Shown here piece after piece: positions 1 to 11,967 of a stretch of 56,074 bases of DNA. A program made the position numbers and the translations under genes. Source of the stretch: Psammoneis japonica. Lineage: Eukaryota. Below the pieces are notes generated by a model. It saw only the letters and a program-made list of their open reading frames with translations, searched no databases and was not told where the DNA came from. The stretch covers positions 310,001 to 366,074 of the forward strand of contig QPGO01000078.1 in NCBI GenBank assembly GCA_008632985.1, given 5' to 3'. How positions within the stretch are numbered: position 1 is the first letter of the stretch; the number at the start of each line of letters is the position of its first letter.

Positions 1-656
1 TCGTCCCCTTTCTCCATTCCCTTCCGGTCACTCTCTTCGCTCCTTTCGCCTGCACATTTCTACGCCCCTTCCACTGGTCCCCAGTTTCCACGATTGCCAA
101 CTGCCCTTCCAACTGCTCACTCCATTGCCCTTTCATTCTTCCTCACTCCCTTTCTTCATCCCAACAACTGCCCTCTGCCATTTCCCTTTCTGCTCTTCCT
201 TGTGCCCTCTCTCCTTCTCTGCCTCGTTCGATCCTTTTCCCTGTGGCCCCTCTTTGCCCCCTGACCCCTTCCCCACTTCCTCCTCTGGCAACCCCTTCAA
301 TTGCCCCCCTTCCTCCCATGACTCCCTTCACGCTTTTAGTTGTGACTCCTCTCCTGTCATTCCACATGCCTTTCTACGCCCCTCCAAACACGATTGCTTC
401 CGCACTCCTCTGCAGCTTCCCCCACCCTTCAGCCCTCTCTGCTGCCCCTTTCTCTTCCATGACTCCCTTTGCGCTTCTGCTTGTGCCTTCCCCCCCATGT
501 TTCTGTGCGCCTTCTACGATCATTCGTGTGCGATTGCCCACGTCATGCCTTCACCTTCCCTCCTCCTACCTTTCTACGCGTTCTGTGACCTTGTCGCTGT
601 TTTTGGCGATCCGCACACAACAACGACTCTCTGCAACTTTCTCTTTTCGTTTGACC

Positions 657-2335
657 ATGTCTGCTCTCGCCTCCACTCCTCCTGCTGACGTCAAGCTTTT
701 AGCTCAGGTCCTTCATCCCACTGACCTGCCTGATGTGCCTGCTGTTGCTCTTACGTCTGATGTCATTCGCGACATCGTTCTCAAGACGCCAGAGCATCGT
801 GGCCGGCGTGTCTCTCCGCTCCTCCTCACTCTTGGCTCTGTGACGCTTGCTGAAACCAAGAAACGCTCCTGCCCCCACCAGAATCAGTGGGCGTCTTACT
901 TTCACGTTGCTCTTCACCCGGTGACGCCCGATGGCACCACCTTTACCTTCGAATCCTTCCGCAGCCAAGCGCTCTCTTTTCTCCTTCAGAAATGGCATCT
1001 GCACCCTGCGTCGCACTTCACCCCCTTCCGCTCCGCTGGCTCCCCTTCCAATTTTCTCCACCCTGACTTCTCTCCGGTTTCGGCTGTGGACAATCCTTGG
1101 GCTGACACTGCACCTTTATGATCCCGGCCTGCAACTCTTTCGATGAAAAGGCTCATGGCATCCTTGCTGCCCCCTCCCCAACCCTCTGCGGTTCTTCTCG
1201 ACGTGCTTCTGAGTTTCTCCCATCCCGCCTTTGTTCCTTCCTTGTTGGCAAGATTTCCAGCACTGCGACCAATCCCATTCTTCAATCCTTCTGAGACTGT
1301 CCCACCTTTCTTAATCTCATTGGAATTCGTCCTTCGCAACACCCTGCTAACTCGGCCCAAGCGCGACGCCGTTCTCTTCCGGTTTTTTACATTTCTGCTG
1401 CCTCCGATGCCGTCTGGAACACCCCACTTCATGTCACCAATCCATCCAATGCGCCACCTGCCTCCTTCTCCATCCTGGGGACATCCACTGCCATCATTCC
1501 CTTCCCAGCCCCGGCCAACTTTGCTTCTACCTACAACGCCCTCTCCGAGCTCATTTCGCATCAGAGCAACATGAAAGTGGTTGTCTCTGACCGTCTTCTC
1601 CTTCCTCTCACCCAACCTGGCATCAGTCGTCTCCTTGCTGCAACCAATCTTCGCTCCCTTGTCCCCATCTTCTCTGCTCATGACTCCCTCCCAATCAAGT
1701 GCAAGCTGCTCTTTTTCCCGTCTCCATGCACAATTGCTCTTGTGGATGCCAACCTGCACAACTGTCCCGGCTTTCCCTTGGATCTCCTTGCCTCTGCGGC
1801 GGAATCTACCCATGACGACAGCATGGCTTCCCCATCCTACGCCTCTGCTGCTCTTCAGCCGCCTGCCCCCTCTCGAGATTCTTTCTTGTGTCGTGCCCTT
1901 GAGCTGCTTGCTCAAGACTGGCATCTCCCCAAACCCCAAGATCCGCTCCCTGCTGCTGCATCTCCCTCCTCTCATCCTCCCCAAGCCCGCTCCCTCACCA
2001 CCGAGCCTCCTCCCTCCAAGCGTCCCCACTCTTCTCCCGACACTTTCTCTCCGCCCCCTGCCATTCCCACCGTAGTTGTGCAGACCTCTCCGCCCCCCAC
2101 CACTCCCGATGCAATTGTGCAGACCGAATCTGATGACTCGGTTTCTCCTCAGCAGTCCCAGCGCGAGATGGAACTCTTGGATGTCCTTGATGCCTTCGTA
2201 GGTGCTTGCTGCCCGGCCCGCCTTTCCACCTGGCAACCTTTCTATGAAGAAGCCATCCGGGCTGCAGCCCCTGATGTCGACTCCCTCCGCGATCTCATCG
2301 CCTCGTGGAACCCACCGAAGCCCGTGCCCCGCTGA
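657..2335 (+). pseudogene. Frameshifted N-terminal coding region (ORF1 or 5' part of the polyprotein) of the CRE-like element
   Basis: Three consecutive or overlapping ORFs in different frames (657-1121, 1143-1574, 1571-2335) run directly into the RT ORF and share its composition. No recognisable domain. Confidence 0.45.
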
Positions 2336-5300
2336 CCTGCCCCTTCTGCTCCTGGTCCCCTCCTTCCATTGATGCACCATCTCTTCCCACCACCACATGC
2401 AGCCATCTTCGCCAGGAGCATCCCTGCCTCTCCCTTTCTCATGCACCTGCGTCCTTCTTCGATGCCGCTGGTTTGCATGTCTGCAGGCATTGCAATCACA
2501 GCCAATGCACCTGCCTGTCTGCCACCCACCTCCGCAATCACTTGCAGAACAAGCACTTTGCTCCTCGCTCTTCCCTCAACACTGACACTGTTCTCTCGTC
2601 CTTCCACAATCCAGGTGACTGGGGCCCCTTGCTACAATGGCTCCATGCTCTTGCACTCAAGCCTCCGCCTTTCCGAGCTTCCTGTCACCGCAAGCTCTCG
2701 TCCTCTGCCCGCAAGGAACTCTGCTCCGCTCTCCATCATGTGACAAGCTGGGCACTGGCCGCCTCCCAGCCCCTGTCTGACCCCTCCCATCTCATTCCTA
2801 CATGGCAACGTGACTCTGCTCCCTTCTGGAAGCTTCTCTCACTCTTTGAAGCTCTCATCCTTGCTCCTGTCCCGCCACGCTCCAAGTTTGGCCCTGCCAT
2901 TGCCTCCCGCTTGTCCCTCTTCCGCCGTGGCTGCATTCGCCAACTCTGCCACGAAGCCCACTCCCATGCGCCGCACCTCTCCTCATCTTCCCCCGACTTT
3001 TCTGCTTCCACCCATTGCTGTTCCGCTCAAGTCTGCGCCGACGAAGACAACTTTCACTCGGCCCACTCCAAGCTCACCTCTGCGCTTCCTGTTGCTGCCG
3101 TTGCTCCTGAGTGCCTTCCTGCCATCCTCAAGCTTCACCCTCCTCGCCTGCATCCCTCCGACCTGCCCAATCCTCCTTCAACTCGCTCGGCCTCCTCCCT
3201 TCATAACGAGCCCATTGAGCTCTCCTCCGACGCTCTTCTTTCTGCTCTCTCCAAATGTAAGCCTGGGACTGCTGCCGGTGTCTTTGCTGATTCTACCAAC
3301 CTCTTCAAGTCCTGCGCCCTTTGTTCCACCAAAACCCCAACAGGAGTTGCCCAACGTCCCTGCTTGTCATCCTTCCGTGAGCTTGTCCTTCTCCTGCTCC
3401 ATGGCTCCATTCCTCCCTCCGTCCATTCCTTGTTTGCTTCAAACTGCTTTGTCGCTCTGCGTGAAGATGCCAGCGACCTCAACAAGCTTCGCCCCATTGG
3501 CGTCGGTGCTGCTCTCCGTCGCATTGCCGGCTCCGTCGTCATGACTCTCTTTGGCTCTGCATTTGCCGAATGCCTCCTCCCAGATGGCCAATTTGGCATT
3601 GGTGTCAAAGGTGGCCTTGATTATCTCATTCACTCTGCTCTTGCCAACATCGAACGACATCTTTCTTCCGCCGACTCTGCCAAGGTTCTTCTTCTTCTTG
3701 ACCTCACCAACATGTTCAACGAAGCATCCCGAGATGCCTGTCAACACGTTCTCACCTCCACCCCTGCCTTCCATCCTCTGCTTCCTTTTTTTGACCTTCT
3801 GTGTCAAAGTTCCAATGCATGTTGGTGTCGCCGACCTGATTCTTCCTGGGGCTCCTTTCTTCAAGAAGAGGGATTTGCCCAAGGATGCCCTCTCGGCCCT
3901 GTCTTCGCCAGCCTGGTCCTCTCTCTGGTTCTCCATCCAATCAACCGAGAGCTTCAAGAACGAATCCCTGGCCGTTCCTCTGTCTCAGTTGGCTCCTGCA
4001 TTGATGATGCTCACGCTTTCCTTCCCCATTCCGCACTCCCATGGTTCCTTGAACGCTTCTCCGCCCTCGGCGCTCCCTGCGGGATCTCCCTCAACCTCCA
4101 TAAAACCAAGATCCTCACCTCCATTGCCAGTGTTAGCCCCATCCCTGCTCTTCCCCCTTCCCGTGCCGATTCTCTCCATGCTGCACTTTCCTTCTTAAAC
4201 CCCACCAATGACCCCTCTTGCAACCCCGAACTCACCTCTGGCGTTCGCTTCCTCGGACAGCCCCTCGGCTCCCACGACTTCGCCACCTCCTTCCTTTCCG
4301 ACACTTCCTCTGCTCTCTCCGATGAAGTTGACATGCTTCTCACCCGTCTTCATGATGAACAAACCCAGGCTCAACTCTTCAAGCACTGTTTTGTTCCATC
4401 CTCTGCTCACCTCCTTGGAGCTGACTTCTGCTGCAACTTCGACCCCGATGATCCTCCCGACCCCTTTCTCTGGACCTCTCCGTTTCAAGATTTCCTCCTC
4501 ACCGTCACTCACCGCTTTCTTCACTACGTCACTTCCTTCGCCGCTCCTTTTCCTGACCATTCTATTGCCATCGCCTTCCTTCCTGCCTCCTTGGGCGGGT
4601 TTGGTCTCCGGGATCCAACAGCTGCTGCCATTCCTTCCTTCTTGGTGTCACTTCTCCGCTCGTTCCGCTTTGCTTCGCACGGTGTCAGCCTGCCATCTGG
4701 CGCTTCTGTTTCCCTTCCGCGCTGCTTCCGGCTCTCCCCATCTTCCTGGTCCAACCCTCGCTCTTCCCTGCGACTCCATACGCTCTTCCGCCATCATGCT
4801 CCTGTTCTGGCTTCCGCCTCTGCCCTTTCCTCTTCTTCCTTGGCTGCCCTGGTTAAATCGGCCACTCTCCCTGGCCTGGCTCGTCGCCTCTGCCATGAAC
4901 ATCAGCAACAAGCAGCAACCTCCATCCTTGCTAACTCATCTTACGACGTGCAATCTTCGCTCCCTTCATTGCTGTCTCCGCTCGCAAGCCTCCCTCTTCA
5001 TTCCTTCTCCCGTCGCTTCCCAAGCTCCCGCCTTTCTTCGGACGTCTGCGTCATTGCCGCCCTTCGCAAGCTTCATCTCCCCATCCTTCCTCCGTCCCTT
5101 GTCAACACTCCCTGTCCCTGTGGCCATGCCATCCTGGATGCCTGTGGTGATCATGCCTTTTCTTGCCGCCGTGCTCACAAGTCCAAGCTCTCCAATGGTC
5201 TCCGTGATGCTGTTTTCATCCTGGCCCAAACTTTGGGTCCTCTTGCAGAGTTCTGTCGATCCCCCAATGACGTTCATCTCGAACCCACCAACCTGCTCCC

Positions 5301-6036
5301 CACCCGCCCGCTCCTCCGTCCCGCCGATGTCGGCATTTTAGTCCCCCCTCCCGCCTCCCTTTCCGCTCCCTCCCGCCACCACTGCATTGCAGTGGATGTT
5401 GCCATCCCCCAAGCTTCCTCTCGCCCTCCTCCAGGTCTGCCTGCCCCCTCTTCTCCCATCTTAACTGAGGCACACCACTCGAGCGCGAGATTGAAGTTTC
5501 TTGGCCCCTCTACTTCCTCCACCGATGGATCCCTTGTTGTTTCTTCGCTCAACAACAATGGCATCTTTCTGCTCCCCTTCACTGTAGATCACCTTGGTGG
5601 TCTCGGCTGCTTTGCCCACCGCTTGCTCTTTGGTTCTACATCCTCCTCCGTCTGCTCTCAGCCCAAGCCACCCTGGTCCTCTTCCTCCGACTTTCGTCAC
5701 TCCGATGCCTCCTACTCCGCCTTCCTCTACGCTTTATCGTCTCCGTCTGCAATCCTTCCCTCTGCTGACTTCGCATGGCGTCGCCTGTCCGCCGACCGCT
5801 TTGGGAACACCTACCGCACAGCCAACCCATCCCAGTGGGCCACCCAAACTCTTGGCTACAACGTCGTTCTTCACCTTTCTACGCACATCCTCCGATTCAC
5901 TTCCTCCCTCCCTGCCCCCTCCTCACCCATACCATCCTCAAAACGCCCTTCGTCTTGCGTCCTTCGACCCTTCTACTCTACCGTCTCTACAGCTACCTCC
6001 GTGCCTCCTTCTGCTGTTCCCTTCCGCTCTACATAG
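2305..6036 (+). pseudogene. Zn-finger / reverse transcriptase / RLE polyprotein, inactivated by Tyr->Cys/His changes
   Basis: N-terminal C2H2-like motifs (CPFC..HLRQEH, CRHC..HLQNKH). RT motifs KLRPIGVG, QFGIG, LDLTNMFN, GFAQGCPLGP, CIDD (expected YxDD; 3997-4008), GISLNLHKT, FLGQPLG, LPASLGGFGL. C-terminal CPCG..DHAFSC knuckle and RPAD..AVDV RLE motif. Confidence 0.88.
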
Positions 6037-6215
6037 GCTCCCTTAATCTTCTATTTTAAACGGCAAACAGCAAGAAACAAAAAACATAGGAAACAGGAGC
6101 GGTTGAGTCAGTGGCATTTTCATCTGACTGCCTTTCATCGGACGCAATCATGCAACATGGTATGCTACTTTGAGCTGCGTTGCTGTAGACACGTAGAAGC
6201 TTTGATGAAGCTCTT

Positions 6216-9200
6216 ATGTTTGGGCTAATCACCACCTCATTGGCCTTGTTGCTTTTTCCTTTCGAGCTTTCTTTTTCCTTCGTTTCATCCCGGTCCGTTG
6301 TACAACAACAACGACAGAATATCTTGAGAGAGATGTCAAGCGGAATGGCTGACGATAATTCTCAAGCCCGCTCGTCTATGAACAGACTCACTTCCTTGTT
6401 GAAACGACATCAGATTGAGTACCAAATTATTTTGGTTTCTTCGAGCGGACAAGAAACCGCAACAAAAAGTTCGAGCAGTGTCATCTCGATAAAGACACTT
6501 GTCTGGGAAGCTTCACCTCAAGAAATCAACAATGGAGACTTTTCTCTTCAAGCGCCATTTTACTTTGTGACTGCCATAGAGAGCTCGAAGAGAGTAAATG
6601 AGAAGGTCCTGACAGAGATTATTGAATCAACATCAAGTAGTACCGGCACCAAGATGAATGTAGCACTGGCTGAAACGGCTACCGCCGAAAGATTGACGGG
6701 ATGTGTGAAAGGAACAATTCCTCCATTTGGCCATGTAGTTCCTATGATGAACCTGTACATTGATGAGTCAATTATTCATTCCGAAGTTTCTCATGTAAGC
6801 GTTGGGTCAGGAGATGTCGGGTACGATTTGGTGATATCAAAGGCAGATATGCTGCAGCTATGCGATAAAACAACACGTGTCAAAATCTATCCCATATCTA
6901 ATGGTAGCGAAGCCTCCAGTGTGATTCATGAAATACCAATACCCAAGCCAACAAAGAGAGCCAGTAAGCAACAACGTCCGTTGAAAAAACCAGTCAGAAA
7001 TTTGGGGAAACGATTACGTGACGCTGCAGGAAAACGAGGAAAGGGTGACGAAGTGCGAGAAATTATAGAGGAAATGGGCGACGACTTTCCAGCGTTCCTC
7101 AGCGTGGGTGCGGATGGGAACTTTACAAAAAATGCGTTGCATTTGGCAGCTTGGAAAGGTGACCTGGAATCTATTCAACTGATCGCAGACACGGGCAAAT
7201 CCTTTGGACTCGACTTGGTCAACGAGATAAGCACCGGCCAAGGTAACTACGGGAAAACCCCGGTTTTCTATTCCATGACTCAGTGCCGAGATGATGCTGT
7301 AAGGCTATTGGTGGAGCTTGGATCCGATTTACTTATCGTTAACAACAAGGGGCAGACACCTTGTAGTATGGCACCAAGTCATATGAATCGTACAACTTGT
7401 GAATACCTCTACAACATGGAGGCGAGGCAGCTCGATGCGGGTGGCACGTTTGTAAACTATCGTGCCACTCATTCGGATGGACAACAATACGGTGACTTGG
7501 ATCCGCGGTTTCCAATCGACAAGGAAAACATGGGAGCTGACATTTCGGACGAGATTGCAGCCTATCGACAGACTCTTCAGTTGATCAATGGCGACGAACC
7601 GCAAGACATACCACGTGGATCTGGATTCCCACGAAGCCTCCGACAAACCACCAGAGAGTCTCGAGAACAGCGCGGTCTTGGTTATCGAGTGAAAACGATT
7701 CGCGAAGAAACGAAAAAGGACAGAAGCATTGTCCCTCGGGAAGAACGGCAAGAAAGTCCAACACCAAAGCCGTCTGCCGGTCGAAGAAGGAAGAAAACCG
7801 CGGTAGCACCACCGCCGGTGATAGATGTGACGAATTTAGACGTGTTGAGAATAGCAGATGTCTTGAAGGGAGACCCTGTTATAGTTGATAATGATCAGGG
7901 GATAGAAGAACTCTCTCTGTGTATTGATATTTCAGTAGCAATGGATGCCGAGAATCATCCTCACGAGACAACCAAGAAGCACTATCCATCGGATGAGTAT
8001 ATAGCAAAGCATTGCTGGGGGCTCGACTGTGAATGGAAACCAGCATATGAAAAAGGGCAGGACCATCCGGTTGCAACCCTTCAACTAGGTACCCATGACT
8101 TTGCCTTTTTGGTTGACGTACAGCAGCTATGCCAGGCCAATATCAAGACCTCGGACCATGAAATGACTGAAAAAGAAAAGAAGCTATCGAAAACTCTTTC
8201 AAGGCTTTTTGCGGATCCCGACACGACAGTTGCTGGATTCGGGATTCAACAAGACTTGAGCAAACTGGCAATGAGTTTTCCTCACATGCCATGCTTTCGT
8301 TTGTTTCAATCCGTCATTGACATTCAGCTCATATCACGAAATGCTTTTCCAGGAAGTCGCAAGGATTTTATTAGAAGTTTGCAAATAGCTGTTGCAGTGC
8401 TGCTCGAGCAGCGTCTCGACAAAAGCGAACAAATGTCGAATTGGCAACAACGACCGCTTTCAGCCTCGCAAATTGAGTATTCACTCCTCGATGCCATTCT
8501 TAGCTCCTGGTTGTTGACACTCATGGTTGAAAAGATTGCATCACTGGACTTGTGGGAAGGCCACTTTTTCAAAAAGCACTCGCACTTGCGAAGCACCGTT
8601 CGCATTCAGTTTCTAGATTGTCCTGGTGAGAACTCCATCCCAATGGCATATAGAGTCAGCATGGGTTCAGTGAGACAGATACTGTCTCTTCGTTTTGCTC
8701 GGCAAACGTGGCCAACAGGAAGGGAACCCCCGCCACTCCCAAGTCGGATATTGATAGAAGAAGCTGAGCAGCAGCCTCGACGAAATACGAAAGTTGCAAG
8801 CCGCAACCGAGATGCCAGTTCCCCTTTGCGGGCACAATCAAAAAAGAAAAAGGGAGTTCCGCTTTGTACACTTCCCGGAGACCATGATAACCTGCCTCCT
8901 GTCGGAGGGACGCTCGGCTGGACAAAAGATACATGCGTCGAGCGAATCTTGGGTAGGCAAGTCCTAAGTTCCATGCCTGAAGAGTTTAAGCTTCAGTACA
9001 ACCGTTGGGGAGGAGTCATTGAAATGTCAAACTCGTGGTTGCTCTTCATCAACTTTGCGGCTCAGAGGGAAGGATCTAAATATCAAAACAACTTTTCTGA
9101 TGACGGTCGCGAAATAACATTCTCTGTCAATCCCGACCGCCCTCAGGAGCAGGCGTTGGTTGAGTGCCTGACAGGAGATAACCAGAAAAGCGAAAACAAA

Positions 9201-9407
9201 GTTTTCCTCTTTGCCAGACCGGATAATCGTGAAAAGTTTCTGTTTTGTGGAGAGTGCATTTGCAACAAGCACACCCGAACAGAAGTTGGTGTGACTCTTC
9301 ACCTAGAGCTAATTAACCACGATACACTAATGAAAGCTGAAGGCGACCTGTGGAAGAAACTTGTGCAGTGCAACAGAGGCGGGGAGCCACCGGCGTCTCT
9401 CGACTAA
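6216..9407 (+). CDS. Multidomain protein: YbaK/aminoacyl-tRNA editing-like domain + ankyrin repeats + DEDDy 3'-5' exonuclease (EXD3/MUT-7/WRN-like) + C-terminal DUF3427-like domain
   Basis: Intact 1063-aa ORF. YbaK motifs IKTLV and GTIPPFG; ankyrin ALHLAAWKGD and GKTPVFY..LLVELGSD..NNKGQTP; exonuclease motifs GLDCEWKP, GIQQDL, SNWQQRPL..QIEYSLLDA. C-terminal KYQNNF..LFAR..FLFCG resembles DUF3427 (weakest call). Hydrophobic N-terminus. Confidence 0.85.
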   Translation: MFGLITTSLALLLFPFELSFSFVSSRSVVQQQRQNILREMSSGMADDNSQARSSMNRLTSLLKRHQIEYQIILVSSSGQETATKSSSSVISIKTLVWEASPQEINNGDFSLQAPFYFVTAIESSKRVNEKVLTEIIESTSSSTGTKMNVALAETATAERLTGCVKGTIPPFGHVVPMMNLYIDESIIHSEVSHVSVGSGDVGYDLVISKADMLQLCDKTTRVKIYPISNGSEASSVIHEIPIPKPTKRASKQQRPLKKPVRNLGKRLRDAAGKRGKGDEVREIIEEMGDDFPAFLSVGADGNFTKNALHLAAWKGDLESIQLIADTGKSFGLDLVNEISTGQGNYGKTPVFYSMTQCRDDAVRLLVELGSDLLIVNNKGQTPCSMAPSHMNRTTCEYLYNMEARQLDAGGTFVNYRATHSDGQQYGDLDPRFPIDKENMGADISDEIAAYRQTLQLINGDEPQDIPRGSGFPRSLRQTTRESREQRGLGYRVKTIREETKKDRSIVPREERQESPTPKPSAGRRRKKTAVAPPPVIDVTNLDVLRIADVLKGDPVIVDNDQGIEELSLCIDISVAMDAENHPHETTKKHYPSDEYIAKHCWGLDCEWKPAYEKGQDHPVATLQLGTHDFAFLVDVQQLCQANIKTSDHEMTEKEKKLSKTLSRLFADPDTTVAGFGIQQDLSKLAMSFPHMPCFRLFQSVIDIQLISRNAFPGSRKDFIRSLQIAVAVLLEQRLDKSEQMSNWQQRPLSASQIEYSLLDAILSSWLLTLMVEKIASLDLWEGHFFKKHSHLRSTVRIQFLDCPGENSIPMAYRVSMGSVRQILSLRFARQTWPTGREPPPLPSRILIEEAEQQPRRNTKVASRNRDASSPLRAQSKKKKGVPLCTLPGDHDNLPPVGGTLGWTKDTCVERILGRQVLSSMPEEFKLQYNRWGGVIEMSNSWLLFINFAAQREGSKYQNNFSDDGREITFSVNPDRPQEQALVECLTGDNQKSENKVFLFARPDNREKFLFCGECICNKHTRTEVGVTLHLELINHDTLMKAEGDLWKKLVQCNRGGEPPASLD

Positions 9408-9516
9408 CTATTAAAGTAGACGACAGTCGTACCTTAGGTCACAAAAAGTAAAATACTTTTTAATTTTAACAATTCGCAATTTTGACACATACATAGAAAG
9501 GCAGTAACATCATTGG

Positions 9517-11403
9517 CTACACTTCCATTTCCTGTCGAGTTTTGCTCCTCCCTCGTCTGGAAGAAGAAACTGAAGAGTCGTTTCGTCCGGGACTCCGGGG
9601 AGCACTCTTGCTTCTTCGATAAGGACTGCTGGTATCCAGTACGCCCTTGTCACTATTGGTGGCACAACTAAAGGAACTTGCAATCGTTCGAGCCTGTTGG
9701 GCCAAACCACTGCCTAGCGAGGCGACTGAGCCGGGGCCTGACGACCGATTGGTATGCCTGCTGCGAATCGAGTCAATCGTCATTGGGTAGTGCGAGTCAT
9801 CGTCATGAGATCCCTCCAAACCAGAAATGGTGGAACGGGCCTGATCCATGTAGTCTGCGCCTTTTCGAGTTTCTTTCAATTTCATATACTTCTTCTTGAA
9901 AATGTCCGTTTGGTCACGAGAGTTTGTTAACTTTTCCTCCCATTCCTAAGTTACAGTTGTGTACCGGTGATTCAAAAGAGTGAGAAATAGGCAATAGAAG
10001 CAAAATTCGTTCGTTCTTTTACATACCGCACGAGCCATGAGATATTCGCCCTTCAATTCGCCCAAGGCGTGTTCTAGTCTCTCCTCATTCTTTGTCTGAG
10101 CCCTCTGAGCTTCTGAAAGCGCCTCCCAGAATCGTTCCGCCACATTCTGCAGGGGCGTGTCATTGTAAATGGGTGCCGAAAGCACTTCCTTCATTTCCTC
10201 CACCAAACTCGCCAACGCCTCTTCGGAGCTCTGCACCACGCCCGCTTGAGCATGACCATTCATGGAAGGATGCTCCTTTGGCTTGGTAAGGACACAGTCG
10301 CCTCGTTTGGATGGATCGGGCAGAGTGGCACCCGCACGTAGTCCGGATCGTAACACATCATCCATGGCATATCGCAAAATGGCACACGCCCGATCTGGTG
10401 TCATACTTTCTGCTCGAGCAATTGATAACTGGAGACGCCCACGATGATCAGAATCCACGGGCAACAACGCGGATGCCGAATTGCAAGCTTTTTCATACAA
10501 GGCAAAACACTCATCGAACTTGGACGAATCCCGAAGAGGCGCCCCCTCACGAATAGCTTCTGTCAAGACGTCCTTTACGTCTTGATCAATAAATTCCTCG
10601 TGCCGTGTCGGTCCTCCCGGAGACGCCACCACATCCTGCACAGCCGCCGCCGCTGCGTTTTTCTCTTCCGGCTGTGCTGCTTGTTTCCTCAATTGATTCA
10701 TTTCTTCCTCCCGTCTTGACGCTTCAAAGGCGGCACCCTCCATGTGTGCCGCTTCCACCACGTGCTGAAACAATTTCTGAACATCCGCAAAGGCGTCAAT
10801 AATGGCCTCGCCCATGACATCATAACCCGCATCGTAGTGCTCCATGAGGCGTTCGGCAATCGCCAACAAACCATCTTCGTGGCCAGATAGAGCGTCCACC
10901 AAGAGTTCCGGTGTCACGACGGCTGCGTCCTGAATATCATTATTTTTGGGTGGTGATGATTTGACCGTTTTTGGTTTCGAAGTAGGCACTTCTTTTTTAT
11001 TCTGAACAGGAGAACTCATTCTGTTGGGACGCGGTGATGTAACTCGTTCAGAAGAAGTTCTTTTCTGAACTACCTCGTGACGAGGAGACACTACACGCTG
11101 CTGCTGCTGCTCTACTGCTATAACAGGACTCTCGTTTCGCACAGATTGTAGCGCCCGTTCTCGAGTGGATATACGATTGCTCCGTCCGACACTCTTACTG
11201 CGTGGCGATGCGTCTGCGGCAGACGTTGGGCGCTTTCGTTCCAATGATTTCGATCGCTGTCTAGCTCGTTCGTCAATCTGACGATTATACGCTCGTGCAC
11301 GCTCCAAGACAGAAGAACGAGCGGCAGAACGATTGGATTTTTGTGATGTCGTGGACCTAGCTTCGTCAAAATTGTTTGTATCCATAGCAATAACTATATG
11401 CAA
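9517..11403 (-). CDS. Hypothetical coiled-coil protein, 2 exons (11403-10027, 9945-9517)
   Basis: Two minus-strand ORFs are joined in frame by an 81-bp GT-AG intron (10026-9946). The start may instead be the ATG at 11385. Confidence 0.8.
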
Positions 11404-11967
11404 TTGTCGAGTTTCTCAGAAAAAAAATGCCACCGCAACAACAAAAGCTACCTCCTCTTATAGTATGCTGTTGTTGTCTCTGGAGAGAAACGATATGAAT
11501 GAATCTATCGCTTCACCGGGGCGACACTACTCCGACAAGAACCACTCCTCTTGTGTTTAGAAGCAACGAGAGGTTGCACATACATCGCAGACGCGATTCT
11601 TGTTCGCTCGTCTTTGTTGTCGCGACGTTCTGCTCGCTTTGGCCTCTCTCATCACGCGCGCACTCAAGACTGGCAAATGATCAATCTTCGTTGCTTACCT
11701 TTATATATATTAAATAATTTTTATATGATCTGCAAATGTTAAAGTTATAATTAGGAGTTAACGGTCACGGATCATTGGTGAAGAGCGAGGGACAGACGTT
11801 TGATCGGATGGTTCGGGCGGCGGGCGGGCGCGTGGCGCTGCGCTGCGTGCGCGGCCACCCTCCGCGCGTTCTGCAGTTCTCAGGAACGGTAACGGCTCTG
11901 TTCCTCACTTTTTAGTTTTCACCGTCGGGTTGAGCTACTTGTCCCACACGACATCCTTGTCCATTTT

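Larger units (their letters stand above)
1..6060 (+). mobile_element. CRE-clade (CRE/SLACS/MoTeR-like) non-LTR retrotransposon with restriction-like endonuclease; 5' end probably outside the window
   Basis: Strongly C/T-rich plus strand throughout; long RT/RLE ORF ending at 6036, followed by an abrupt switch to A-rich sequence at about 6058-6085. The 3' boundary is approximate. Confidence 0.85.

Noticed and set aside
986..2446. 486-aa Gly/Arg-rich minus-strand ORF
   Set aside because: Antisense shadow of the C/T-rich retroelement strand, with no domain.
2305..6036. Alternative genetic code or recoding explaining CIDD/HVDD
   Set aside because: Neighbouring host genes use Tyr, Cys and His normally, and non-coding LTRs show the same changes.
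6216..9407. The exonuclease fusion gene as the effector of the hypermutation
   Set aside because: No deaminase or polymerase motif, possible organelle targeting, and adjacency in a eukaryotic genome is not evidence of a functional link.
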